Positions 35,570 through 47,744 of a stretch of 64,000 nt of DNA are shown piece by piece. A model generated the notes under the pieces. It saw only the letters and a program-made list of their open reading frames with translations, was not told the DNA's origin and searched no databases. The position numbers and the translations under genes were made by a program. How positions within the stretch are numbered: the first letter of the stretch is position 1; every line of letters starts with the position of its first letter. This DNA is from Convolutriloba macropyga (taxonomy: Eukaryota). The stretch is taken from assembly GCF_964194025.1 (NCBI RefSeq), contig NC_134479.1, positions 16,988,001 to 17,052,000 of the forward strand, read 5' to 3'.

Positions 35570-37870
35570 ATATTTCGAATGAATACAATGTTTATTTTTT
35601 GTATTCAGGACATACTCGATTGGCAGAATCTGGTATTGCTGTTTTATTTTATTAGCCTCACACATGCTCTTATAGCACAATTTAAATGTGTTTCGAGAGA
35701 TATTGTCACTGAATGCCTGATAGTAGTTAATTTTAAGGCACTGTAATGGACATCTAGGCACCAAGGCCTTCATTAGCTTCAATCTGGTGCCTACTGTGAA
35801 TGGTGTTTTTTGCATTAAGGCCCTTATTCCACATGCTATTTGCCGTTGGAGATTTTTCAATTCTTCTGAGAAGATCAATTTTGTATCATGAAGACTCTCA
35901 AGTATTCAACAGATTCCTTTTGATTTATTACTTCGCCCTTAACTCTTATTGTCGATGGTTTTGTAAATCTATTTTTTGATCGGTTGCACAATTTTTTGGA
36001 GCTCAAATTTAAGTTATTTTGGTCAAAGTTCTGAACTTTGATAGATTTCTGCTGTTGATAGATTTCTCTCCTGAAAAAAAACTAAGGTATCACCAGCATA
36101 TTGAACCCGGTTACCCCGATCGTTAATATGACAGGCATGATGGTTTCTGTAAATGTTGAAGAGCAGAGGGCCAAGTACTGTTCACTGAGGAATATTTTTG
36201 TGCGGCTCAATCGGGTCGGATGCATTATTATTGACTAGAACTTTTTGAATGCTTTTCTTTGTAAAAGCAGTCAGCGTTTGTATCGATTTTTTGTCAAATC
36301 CAGTAAATCCTAATTTTTTTAACAACAATAAATCTAATTGAGTCAAATGCCTTTTAGAGGCCAAGAAGTGCAGTTGCCACATACTCATTGTTGTCAATAC
36401 GAGAACGTACGGTTACTGTAAAGTAAAAAGTTAATCTTGTGTATAATATTGTGACCGAAAACCAAAATCGTTTATAAGACAGCAGTTTGTTGCTGTCCAA
36501 AAAAGAGCTTAATAATTTAATAGTTTTTCTCTTTTCTCGAATCCATTTGAAAGTCCACAAGTTACAGAAATTGAACCATGCTTCTCTGAATTTTCTTTCT
36601 CGTCTTTTTTGAGAAAGTACATTGATCAATACAGTTGTTCAAGAGCCTTGTAAGATGCGGAACAATGTATTCGGCATCATCTTTCAGCGCACCGGCAGGA
36701 GTTACAAAGAGGCCTAGAGGTCTGTTGGTGTTGAGTGATCTGACAATGTTATGCACCTCATGTCCACTAACAAACCGAAATGAAAAGGCTGCTTTTTTCC
36801 GGCTCCAGATGTTTTGATCCATTTTTTTTCTATACTGAAAAAGTAATCGGCAAGTCGCAAAAATTTGTAATTTAGCAGAATCCCGATGTCTTGAGAGTTT
36901 GAGAGGTATTCTCCGAAGGAGTTCTCAAAGAAATAAATTTGTCCTATTGCTCTTCTTTTTGTTTCTTGCGTCATTCATGATTTTCCATTTTTGATCAGTA
37001 GTTGAGTTTTTGAATAGCTGGGATATGACACTGTCCTTTAACGAAGAGATATTTGGTTTGTCATTTCTTATAAAATACGTTTTTGGTGGCGCACACTTAA
37101 AAATTACATCATATTTTTCTTGTTTAGTTCCAGGTACATTTCATTGGGCTGGTTGGACTGATGGAAATTTGACCAATTGGCTTGCAAGAAATGATACTGA
37201 AAATTTCACAAGCTGTAATGTGATCTTTTGTTCTTTGTTTTTTCATGGGACATTTTTTCCTTTAAACTCTCTGAGAACAAAGAGTTGGCAAATGATAAGT
37301 TTTGTGCTGGGTTTGAAATTTCGTCAAAAAATTCCCTCTTTAACTGCATTACCAGTAATTATGTAATCAATCAAGCTGTCTGCGATTGGCTGACGTTGGC
37401 AACGATGTATTTACAGGCTGTAGTTTATATGGAGTCCATTTTTTATCAAAAAATTCTCTCTTTTGTATTTTTATCATAGATGTTAAGGTCCGCCCTGAGA
37501 ATTAGGTTATTTTCATTAGCTGTGTTGTCAATGCTGATTGCCAGGTTCTCAAGGAAACAACTGCTAAAGTTTTTGTGATAGTTAAAGTGATTCCAACAAA
37601 GAAAAGGTTGCATTGAGTCAATTTTGCATACTACCTAAATGCTTTCAGACCTATCTGACTCTATGAGCAGGTCGCTTCTTGTCCTCGGGTTTAAAATTTT
37701 TGATTCTAATAGCATAAAGTCACCACCTTTCTTATGTGGATGTTCGTTGTTAGTTTTCGATCAGCTCGAAAGGAGAGAAAATGTCAAACTCCCATAGCGT
37801 TGTTTCGTCTATATTTGTTCGCCACGTTTCGCTATGTCCATAGTTTTTGTTTTTTGTGAAAAATCACTTA
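35570..37870 (-). mobile_element. Decayed non-LTR retrotransposon (CR1/L2-like APE-RT ORF2) in SOD2 intron 2
   Basis: RT motifs L*KAFDS, IPQ*TVLGPLLFNIY and VQYAGDT (YADD-like); GFRS upstream; possible APE remnants near 37550-37800. Confidence 0.85.
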
Positions 37871-38984
37871 TAAATGGTTTTTTTGGCTGCGTTTTTTTTG
37901 CAATACTTGAGGTTGAGGTGACAATTGATAGTTGAGGTGAATTTTATGTTCCTTGTACAAGCGTAGAGAATTTTTTTTATATGGTCCTACGCATTTAGAG
38001 GTGGACCAAGATGTACAGCATCTGAGGTGTTTTAAAATGATTTTGAATACTCATGAATGAGTTGTTTTTGAAAAAATAAAACCTTTTTCTAAAAACTTAG
38101 ATTTTGTAATGGACCTATCTTGGAAGAGAAGCGATTTTAAATCTTAGATAAACTGCAGGCCAGAGTTGATGACTATGACGCGGGAATTTCAAAGACCAGA
38201 GCAATCAACAGAACTGTTATAAGTTCATGTCTTGAAATCATTTGACTGTTCGATTATGAATGTCTATCAACTAAATGCCAATTACGTTGCTGGTTGTCCA
38301 TATGGTTTGTAATAGTCAAAGTGCCCTTTTTGGCTGTTGATTTGAAATCGCTTTGCCATAGTACCAATCATTGTACGGCTGGTAATGCATGTGTTGTCGC
38401 TGCTTGTTACAATGAATAGCATTTTTTTTCGGGACTTTAAGGATATAATGCCAGAAGAATAAGGCAGAAGTATTGATAGCAGCTGGTTTTTCAGAAATGG
38501 CACTCCCTTTGACTGATTTTTGAGACATTACGTCTGCAATGGTTTTTGAGCATTAAGTGTTGATAGACGTCAGAATTGAGCTGTTCAGGTCATTCTATTT
38601 CTTTGAAGTTTACCGACTGTTTTCTAAATGAGCAATCGTCTATTTTTTAAGACAATCGTCGGTTTTTTTGACAATCATTTGTTTTTTATTGTCAAGGCCA
38701 TAAAAGCCCCGTACAGCCAAAACCGTCCTCTAACCGTTGCCCTACCCCCGCTGTTGCTACCGCCCCCCCCCCCCGGTGCACCTCCCGCGCTGCGCTCAGC
38801 TCACGCCTCTTCAATTATGCTAAAGCTAGCCTCATTAAACCGTGGCTAGCTATTGACGAAGCCAACCGCTCGCCGGTCGCTTGAGAGCAATTCGCCCGAC
38901 GTTAGTCGGTTATGTTCAGTATCTTTTGTCAAGTGTTCCTAGCTCTCATCTATCTAATCACGAGCCTTCGTTTTAATCTAACAG

Positions 38985-39221
38985 GGTTCTGGTTGGGGCT
39001 GGCTTGGCTTCAATAAAGACAAAAACAGGCTGGAACTGGCTACCTGTGCTAATCAAGACCCTCTACTGGCTACTACTGGATTGCACCCGTTGTTGGGCAT
39101 CGATATATGGGAACATGCCTTTTACGTACAGTACAAGGCCCGACCGGAATACTTGAACGCTATTTTTAATGTTATAAACTGGAAAGATGTCGAGAGAAGA
39201 TTGTCTGAAGCCATGCAATGA
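38985..39221 (+). CDS. SOD2: MnSOD exon 3
   Basis: Acceptor CTAACAG|GGT; GSGWGWLG...NQDPL...[13 protein letters not shown]...INW; TGA at 39219-39221. Confidence 0.95.
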   Translation, partial: GSGWGWLGFNKDKNRLELATCANQDPLLATTGLHPLLGIDIWEHAFYVQYKARPEYLNAIFNVINWKDVERRLSEAMQ

Positions 39222-39829
39222 AGGAACATCTAAATATATGAAATTTATGAGAATGGACAAAGTTTGATGAAAAGCCTCTTACCTTATAAGGATTTTTTGT
39301 GAGAGAAAAATCATGTTTAAATATCTGTTCATCAAAAATCGTTTCTACGAGCTCACTATTTGCATTTCATTAAAAATGAATTTGCGAAAATTGTTTTGAC
39401 AGTATTCGAATGACTGTTACCTATGCTGAAATTTTATTGCAACCATCTGACTTCATTTTTCTGTGACTCGAATTCTACCGGTCAGCCGTTGAAGTTGTGT
39501 GCGTGATGTTATGTGATGCTTTCCTGTGTCGGAGTTCAGGTCACCTGGGTAACAAGATTTTCCAGTGTTGCACGCGAAAAAATGACATCAGTGCTCACTT
39601 ATGTTTTTCGAATGCATAATTTTAATACATAGATTGAATGAGGGTCTAATAGAGTAGTGCATCTAAGCCGAGGCCCAACTATCAGTGCTCTAATACTCTT
39701 AATGACGAAGGTAAATTTGCAGATTTCAATTTTCGTGGAAAAATTCCTATTTTAGTCAGCATATTTGTGACTGCTTCTTTTAGTTTTCAATAGACACAGA
39801 GAGATAGCAAGGCAATTATTGATCTCAGC

Positions 39830-39990
39830 GTAAATTTATACGTTTCAATGAATTCGAATTGTATTGGGGCGCTGCTTTTGATCTGTTCACTCAAATTGGA
39901 GTGCCAAATTGGAGTGATCAAAGTTAAATTGGAGTGATTTTTGATAACACACGAAGTTAGTAAAGTGGGTGAAGAAGTGAGTTAATCAAA
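39830..39990 (+). repeat. Degraded fragment of family 1 Helentron-like element
   Basis: GAATTGTATTGGGGCGCTG...GATCTGTTCAC core shared with 23320, 27730 and 40410. Confidence 0.55.
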
Positions 39991-40359
39991 GTTATTTTTT
40001 TATCTGATAGCAAAAGTCAGTGGGCAACCACTGGTTTTTGAATTTTATGCTATCGTTTTCCAAAAGTTATTTGGGAATATTTTGATTTACTCGTAATTAT
40101 CGTTCTTTTTGTTGCCTTATCAATGAGTTCCATTAGCGGCAGGTCCCATCGGCGTAAAAAGACGACGTATGTACTGTTTCCAGATCACAGCTTTTAGTTT
40201 TTTGACTATAATACTATTTATTCGCATAAATTGTTTAAATTATTTAGTTTTGCCCGTATTTGTTGTTCCTTTTGTTGTCTTAGTCGCTTAGTCTCATAAA
40301 TGACGTGCCATCGACTTTCCAATGAGAATAAAGAAACATAATATTCGGCTGATAGTTGA

Positions 40360-41480
40360 TTATAGCTGCGATGCTGTAAGCGGTGCTCTTGTTTTTTACA
40401 ATTCAAAGAATTTGAATTGTATTGGGGCGCTGTCTTTTTTTAAAAATCTCTTCGCACATTTTCATGATTTTTGAAGTCAACGTGGAGTAGTGATCTTGGT
40501 CACGCAGAAACAGGAAAGGGAGCGAAAAAGCGAGTGGTTTTGCGGCGTGAAATTTTCTCACTCTAATCTTAAAGAGGATTGAGAAAATGTTGTTTGAACA
40601 AAAATTCGCTTTCTAGCTATTGGTGTTTTGTTCACATGCGGCAATTTCACGTCTATTTGTACTATTTTTTTTATTTTTTGGATAGGATTTTTTTCTAAAT
40701 GATATTCCCAGTTCATTCAAAGTTCATTCTGGGCCTAATTTTTTGTTTCGACCATTTTTTTTCTCGCTAGTTGTTTTTTGTTCACATGCGTCATTTTGGC
40801 TTTGACTTTTTTGACCTTGGCTAGTTTTTGGTTTGAGCCAATTTTACTTTTCTCGCTAGTGGTTGTTTATTCTCGCTAGTGACATTTTGACATTGATTTT
40901 TTTATCTGAATTTTTGGAAATGGTTTTCCCAATCCATTCATTCATAGTACGTTCTAGGTCTAGTTTTTTTATTTAGTCAATGAAAATTCTTTGAATTGTA
41001 CGTCTGGGACTTGTCCTGCTATGTTTTTTTTGTTTATTTCGTCGTCAAGATTTTTGTTACAACCATATGACGTCACAACCACGTCAAATCGGCTTTTTGT
41101 TCATTTGTTCATGCAATTTCAACTGAATTGCGTGCGTGACGTCATTTTTCGCTCTTCGTTGAGCTAGTTTTTTGTTCATTCTCATGATTGAATTTTTGCC
41201 TCACTCTTAAATATGACTTCCTCACTCTGAAATTGACTTTTCTGTGCTTTAATTCAATAGAGTTACTCTTTAATAAAGAGATAATGCCAAATGAGTGCTT
41301 GGCACTCTAATTGCAGATTATATAAGAGCAGCTAATAGAAACAGCAATAAGTTATACAGATTCTTAATCAAAATTTAACACCTCAGCCCTTGATGAAAAG
41401 AATAAGTTTCTTTTATGGTCTGTCTTTTTTACCTTCTTTATGAGACTAAAGATCTATGAAGCTATTGCGGCTATTTTCTG
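40360..41480 (+). mobile_element. Helentron/DINE-1-like element, family 1 (right end uncertain)
   Basis: Shares the hairpin, core and CTAGGTCTAG...GGACTTGTCCTGCTATG block with 23262; 41400-41480 resembles 26915-27005. Confidence 0.6.
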
Positions 41481-44394
41481 ATTTTAAGGTGATTTTAAGG
41501 TGATTAAATGCAAAACCAATCAAAATTGCTTAAGAATTTCATTTCAGTACTAAAAATAAGTACTTGAGAAGTTCTTTTTACTTCACTTTGCACGTTGACA
41601 GGTGCTTATAGGGGCGTTTTTTTGCAAGTTAGTGCCAATTTTCAAATCTCTAATGTTTTCAATTGGTTTGTTTCTCTTGTTATCGTTTGCGGGGACGTTG
41701 AAAGCACATTGTTAGTTTTTAGCGTTATGCAAAGACGTTATCAATGAATTGATTGCTGTATTAAGTTAGAGGAAATTTTCTTTTTAATTAAAAGTTATCA
41801 TATCTACGATGATCGGTTTTCAGAGCTCCAAAGATCAACAAATTGATAGTAAATGCACAAACTTCTAGTGAAGCATTTTGGACCAATCTAGTTCAATTTT
41901 TGTCAACTAAATTGCAGCGTGGACTGGTGCTTCAAATGAAAATGCATATCAGAGTAACGTTGCCGAGTTTCTCCGAATTTGGCTGATCAATAATTATATT
42001 ATTTTACCAGGCCTTAAACCGTCTTTGTAGCAAAACCGTCTTGAAAAATGTGCTTTGCCTAAATAGAAGTCGTTTCAGGATTAAAACGAGGTTATCATGC
42101 TTTTTGGGCTTGGTTTGTTGCAATGTATTATCATTTTCCGGCTCTAGGAAATAAACCCCAAGGAAAAAAACCCATGTTAACATTGTATGAAGGAACATAT
42201 GATTTCAATGAAAACCCAAAGCAGAAATTTAAACACGCATGCCTGAAAAACTTCACGTGATTGAACATAAAATTTCCACTTTCAGTGTTGCGCTTTCACG
42301 CTTTAACATTACAATTACGCATTTCAATGACGCCTATTCGATATTTCAACGATAGTCAGTTTTTTCCGAAACGAATTGTCTGTACCACACGAATATCAGC
42401 CCGTAGATTATTTGCAATCATTTGCTTCATTTATGTCATTTTCAGAAACTGTTTCAATCGTTTGCTTTTGATCTCTGTAACTGTGTTGTAGTGTTATTAA
42501 TTTAATTTAATTTGATATATTTCAAAGAATAACGTGGATTAATCTTCCATTTTATGGAAAGTTTGCTCCAACGAAAACTGTGAGAAATGCTTCAAACAAT
42601 TGGCCTATTTTTTTCATTTCTGTCAACTGGAGGATCTTTTTGTCATTTTCTTTGTTTTAGTGCAAAAATTGTTTCATTTTTGTTATCAAGGAGCTGTTCC
42701 AAAATTTAAATTTGAATGATTCAAATCAGTAAACTTGTTGTTAGAATCATTATAAGTTTGAGTAAAATTTTCATTAAGATACAGATTTTAGTTGAATCTG
42801 GCATACCCAAACTCGCGTCCTCAATATGCGTGCTTGTTGACAGTCCACAGTTGACATCTTTTGAAGCTTAGAAAAGTAATGCTGAAACGCGATTATTGAT
42901 ATCATGTTTTTCGCTTAAATTGGGAAATTTCTAACATACTTTTAACACCTTTCTCAATTTTTACCCCCAGCTAATTTTTCCTTAAAAATTGATATTGATG
43001 GGTTAAAAATTTCCAATTCCAGTTCTTTATGAATCATACTGACGCTGTTTTGGTACCACTGGATATACCACGCCGATTGGGTCTGTCACGCTGTCATCGA
43101 AGGGCAAAAACTGGAAACTAGTCGTATCATAAGTCACATCTAACTCTGATCAGAGGTCATAGTCTGATCATAAGTCGCTCAAAATTTTGGACAAGGCTTG
43201 CTTGCACGTAAGTTTAGACTGCGCTCGCGCAAAATTTTGATCAGAGAAATCTTGTAATGGTCTGGTCATAAGTCTCATTAAAGTCCGATCACAGAGCAAT
43301 AAATTATTTCTCTCATTTGACCTATACTTTTTTATTAATACTTTTATTAATATTACTTATATATTAATACTTATTAATACTGATTAATGCTTTATACTAA
43401 GTTAATACTAAGTCTATTAATACTTTTATATTAATACTTTTTATTAATACTTTTTGTTTGACTTAGAAACACGGTTAAAGATATTTCGCCCTAACACTTA
43501 AAATACGTACCATCTGCATGAGAGAGCATGGATCGCACTAAAGTCGCGCGAAAAGCTTGCGTTGCGAGAAAGCCTTACAATAAATTCAAGTGATCAGAGG
43601 ACACTTGGGGTCTAGCCTAGGCTGATGAGAGGAGGCCGCGGCCACACAAAGTTCGCACTATTTTTTCGATGCACGAAAGTGGGTCAGTGGTCATATTGGT
43701 CTGGAATGGTCAGGTCAGACTTCAAAGTCTGGGAATGGTCTAATCAGAGGTCGCTTAAGTCTGGCCTCACAACCTGTGGTGTTGGCTTACCAATGTTGAG
43801 CTGCTATTTCGCAGAAACAATTATTTTCGTCGTTATTAGCATTTTATATGATGAAACTGAACACTATGTTTTGAGGTAACTGAACAGTATACTGAACTGG
43901 TAACCTATAACATAAAAGTTGGAGGGATGGTCTAGAATGCACAGTACGCTGGAAGTTCTTTACAACAATTCTCGAATCGCTGAAGGAAAATTTTTGTTGG
44001 AAAGTAGGTGTTTTTGTTTTCGCTTCAATGTTTTGGTGACTCCCCAGCAAACATTTTCTCAGCTAAATCGTTTCAAATAATATATTTGACACCAGCATGC
44101 TTTTTAAAACTTTAAAAAAACGTCATTAGGAAACTATTTATTGATTTTTATGCGAGCAATTACACAATTGTATTTAAGGTTATGATAAATGAACACTTAT
44201 TTTTTTCTGTTGATCAAATTTTGAGCGTTACACAGCACAGCTGTGATTCGAATTTTTGCTCAACTCTTCAAGCTTCGTTGTTTCAATTTTTAGCAGTTGT
44301 ATTTTTGTAATAGTTGATTGAAGACTTCATTAAAGAATTTGTAATAGTTATGATTATGTAGTTCATAAATTGCAGTCGTCCTGAAAAAAGTTTC

Positions 44395-44631
44395 TCAAGC
44401 CGAGCAGCAAGTCGACCCCCAATTGTAGATCAACCTCCATGGATCAGCAGAACCCTCCTGAAAGTATATCCCAGTGTTGTTAGCCCGGAATCTTTCCACC
44501 CCGTACCAGCTGTCTTGAAGGGGTCTCCAGTCCTGTGAGTTGTCATTTATGGCTTTGAGTGGAAGTGTCTCTGGCATGACCTTGACCGCCTTGAATTTCA
44601 TGGAGCTTTGGGCTCTCGCATCCCACCAGTC
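44395..44631 (-). CDS. Discoidin/Asp-box protein, last coding exon
   Basis: Acceptor TTCTTCCAG|GAC, phase 0; DWWDARAQ...WGSTCCSA*. Confidence 0.8.
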   Translation of the reverse strand, partial: DWWDARAQSSMKFKAVKVMPETLPLKAINDNSQDWRPLQDSWYGVERFRANNTGIYFQEGSADPWRLIYNWGSTCCSA

Positions 44632-45151
44632 CTGGAAGAAAATCTAATTGTCTTTTCAATGTTAAATTTGAGCGATGCGAGCTAGCCACTACAGATCAAA
44701 TGACACTGTCATCTGGTCATCAAACTCTTGCCTGCCCGGGTCGAACGAAAGTTGTTATCCCAGAAATTCCCGCTTATGGATTGAAAAATGTATTAATATC
44801 CATTATTAACAGCCAGACAGTAAAACAACGATTATACAAACCAGTCGCAAATGTCTAGCTTTTTTGCGTGTGACTTCGTAGCTATCTCAGACTACAATAA
44901 AATCTGTTTGCTGCGCGTCTCATTTTCTTAGAATTTTTATTCTCAATTATTTCAAACGGTGTGATCGAGATGTGTCACTAGAGGTTGTGATTTTTGACTA
45001 GATTCGGAAGCAAAAAAGCCCTAATTTTTTCTTAGATTTTTGGATTACAAATATGTAACTACAAAAAAGCAAAACTATCTGGTTGAAAATGAACATTAAA
45101 AATAGTTCTACATTTTTTGTGATTTATTGAAAACCCAAAGTGTAGAATGAC

Positions 45152-45288
45152 CTTAGTAGGGACGGTGATCCAGTTGTTTCCGACATCAGAGGATGCCAGA
45201 TATGTCTTCTGGCTTCTGCCAATTGCGAACATCTGGTACTCTGGCTGGACCAGGTAGCCAATCACACCTGCGATCATCTTACTCATCG
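45152..45288 (-). CDS. Discoidin/Asp-box protein, internal exon
   Basis: TTTTTCCAG|CG ... AAG|GT; encodes AIGRSQKTYLASSDVGNNW (Asp-box SxDxGxxW). Confidence 0.8.
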
Positions 45289-45472
45289 CTGGAAAAAGGA
45301 TGATAAGCTGCCTATTTTATTGTATTTTTTTAACCAGTCTTTCGGAAGGATATTTGAGCGATCGTATTCTTTTATTGGATCCTTTCTTCTTGTAATGCTA
45401 CTCAGCTCCACTTATGGAGCGCGTGACATTACATGGTAAACTATTTACGTAAAAATGCCATGTGCTCATGGG

Positions 45473-45709
45473 AGTAGTAATAGAGGCTGACTAGAGGAAC
45501 AACGGTGGGGGGGGGGGGGGGGGGGACAATTTGAGCACCGCCATTTTTACAACGGGGTGGGATGCCAAAATTTTTTTTGACCTGATATCAAAATCTTCTC
45601 CTTTTTTTTCGCCGAAGTGCAATTTTAGAAATTTTTGTCCGTCCCCCCAAATTGCGTTACCCAAATTGTCCGTCCCCCGTTGTTCCTCTAGTCAGCCTCT
45701 ATTACTACT
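45473..45709. mobile_element. 237-bp miniature non-autonomous Maverick-type element
   Basis: Perfect 33-bp TIR AGTAGTAATAGAGGCTGACTAGAGGAACAACGG; 6-bp direct repeat CATGGG at 45467-45472 and 45710-45715. Confidence 0.85.
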
Positions 45710-46046
45710 CATGGGATTCCTAGTCAAACGTCGACCATATGAAAACACAAATAAAGTCGAGGTGGTGCGATTTCCTTGCCTAAATTATATGGTTGAGCAC
45801 ACTACTAAAATCGACCCAAAGTCTTCATATGTCTATCAACGCCCTCTTTATACCCAATATCGGTCGAACATGGTCTTTCCATCAGTCGACCTTTGATTCG
45901 AGTTGCTAATAATATGCACACTTAAAAGGTGCGAAATGATATGAATCAAAAAGCCATCAAAATGTGGGAAAAGGAAACTTTAAAAAGAAATTGATAACTC
46001 GTGTTTGTTTTGCCAATAAATTTAATGCTTTTTCGATAAATCTTAC

Positions 46047-46105
46047 TTGTCCACAGGAATCTTCCATTGACGATCATCATCCGAACACAGTCAATTATGT
46101 TGTCG
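46047..46105 (-). CDS. Discoidin/Asp-box protein, 59-bp internal exon
   Basis: T-tract CAG|C ... A|GTAAGA; needed to bridge phase 2 to phase 1 between its neighbours; encodes DNIIDCVRMMIVNGRFLWT. Confidence 0.78.
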
Positions 46106-46556
46106 CTGAAAAAAAACGACTTTTAAACTATTATATAACTTTTATTGTTGATTTCCGGGATCCACGATAATAATACATTTGTACATCGGAGATCAGAAAT
46201 GGATTCGATGACATTTCAAATTCAGATGACAGTAATTACAGAGAGAGAACAAGTAATGTTTTTTTGTCGAAACGGAGCATTGACAATAATTTGGCGTAAT
46301 TGGCGTTAATTTTGAACAGCGTTTTAGACTTCTCGTATTTGATTATCCTAATTATTGCAATAACTGACTTGACTCTCAATGAACCAAGTTGATTAATTCT
46401 TTTTTAGTATGTCTTTATCTTTATACCTCAGGTAGCTGGGTTCAATCCGTATCAATAAATGACTCAAGTGCTAAAATAGCTAAAATGTGTTCTACTGTTT
46501 GAGAGGGTGGGGGCATGTATTTAGAGGATTTGTTCACGAAAGGTACTGATGCTTAC

Positions 46557-46668
46557 TTCATCAAGTTCTTTTCACACACGTAGAGTGCCCGGGCATCTGG
46601 GTCGGCCAAGAACCCTCTGGTGTAGAATTCCGGCCTCACAACCTCCGTCTGATCCAGACCGCACGCAC
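46557..46668 (-). CDS. Discoidin/Asp-box protein, internal exon
   Basis: TGCGTAG|GT ... AA|GTAAGC; encodes ACGLDQTEVVRPEFYTRGFLADPDARALYVCEKNLM. Confidence 0.78.
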
Positions 46669-47409
46669 CTACGCACAAACAACTTGTACCTTGCTTGAGA
46701 TCATGTCTCGGAGAACATTCAGAATGATCACTTTGACCGGTAAATTTAGGAGAAAGCGTAGAAACCGCATACGTAATGTTGATAGATGTAGCCGTTTTTG
46801 ACCGGCTTTTAAATAAATGAAACTATTTCTTAGCCAATTTTGAACTTAAGAATTGCTCATTCAAAATTGAATTCTAAACTTGTTGGTCGTGCAGGCAAAA
46901 ATATGCATTACGAAGACAAAGATTCCTTCAGAGCTGTGATTTCATAGCATGACCGATGATGTGTGGGCAAGATCCGCATTACCAAAAAAACCCAATATGT
47001 ACCCTATTGTTAAAATTATCAGACGTACTATTCGGCGTAATCATGCCTAAATGATGTAATTTTTGAGGTATAAAGTATATAGTATATTTATCATGTTTTA
47101 AATGTAAGACTAGTTAATTTAGACAGACGTATACGGCCATGACTATGCCTCAGCGACCACTGGACTTAGTATGAAAATATCACATCCAAACATCAAATAA
47201 AAAATTTTACGCTTAAGTATCATGAAACAACCTGTTTGTGAAACAAGTAACTTATAGTTAATAACCGAAATATTCAACAATAAAATTACACAGAAAAAAT
47301 TGGTTTTATGTCGATGGGAATTTTAGCACATTGAGTTTTTTTGGCATTTGGTAAATTGTCACGTCACCAGCATGACCATGAGTGTAAATTTGAAGTATAT
47401 TAAACATAC

Positions 47410-47617
47410 GAATATAGTCGCCGGCTACAGAGTCACTCGGTTTGCATCCCTGCAGTTCGAATCTCCAGGAGATGCCAGAATTGGGGGAGAGCAGTTCAGT
47501 GAATATGAACTCGACCCACTTTAGTCTCGTCAATACCCGGATGTCGAAATAGCCCACTCTGTAGACTGCGTGGGAGTGCCCGTGATTAGCGGAGGGGTAT
47601 GTGTCGTCCATGTCGAA
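47410..47617 (-). CDS. Discoidin/Asp-box protein, exon with F5/8C C-terminus
   Basis: TTTATTTCTAG|TTC ... C|GTATGT; ISWRFELQGC matches the discoidin terminal RxELxGC motif. Confidence 0.82.
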
Positions 47618-47744
47618 CTAGAAATAAAAATTAAACCAGTTCTTCAAAGCCTTCATTAATATTCAGTTGTTGAAAAGGATGTTGATAACTGGAGGATCGG
47701 GGCGGAAAGGCAAACCTCTATTGCATACATATCGGAACAATGAA

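Noticed and set aside
42000-42700. Possible OTU-like protease remnant on the minus strand
   Set aside because: Too degenerate; no convincing catalytic Cys/His motif.
43100-43780. TCATAAGTC/TGATCAGAGG repeats and a TTATTAATAC low-complexity tract
   Set aside because: Probably an old repeat, but ends and class could not be defined.
45481-45701. Reading the 45.5-kb element as a hAT MITE with TAGAGG ends
   Set aside because: Its 8-bp flanks are inverted rather than direct repeats; the IR extends to AGTAGT, where a true 6-bp direct repeat appears.
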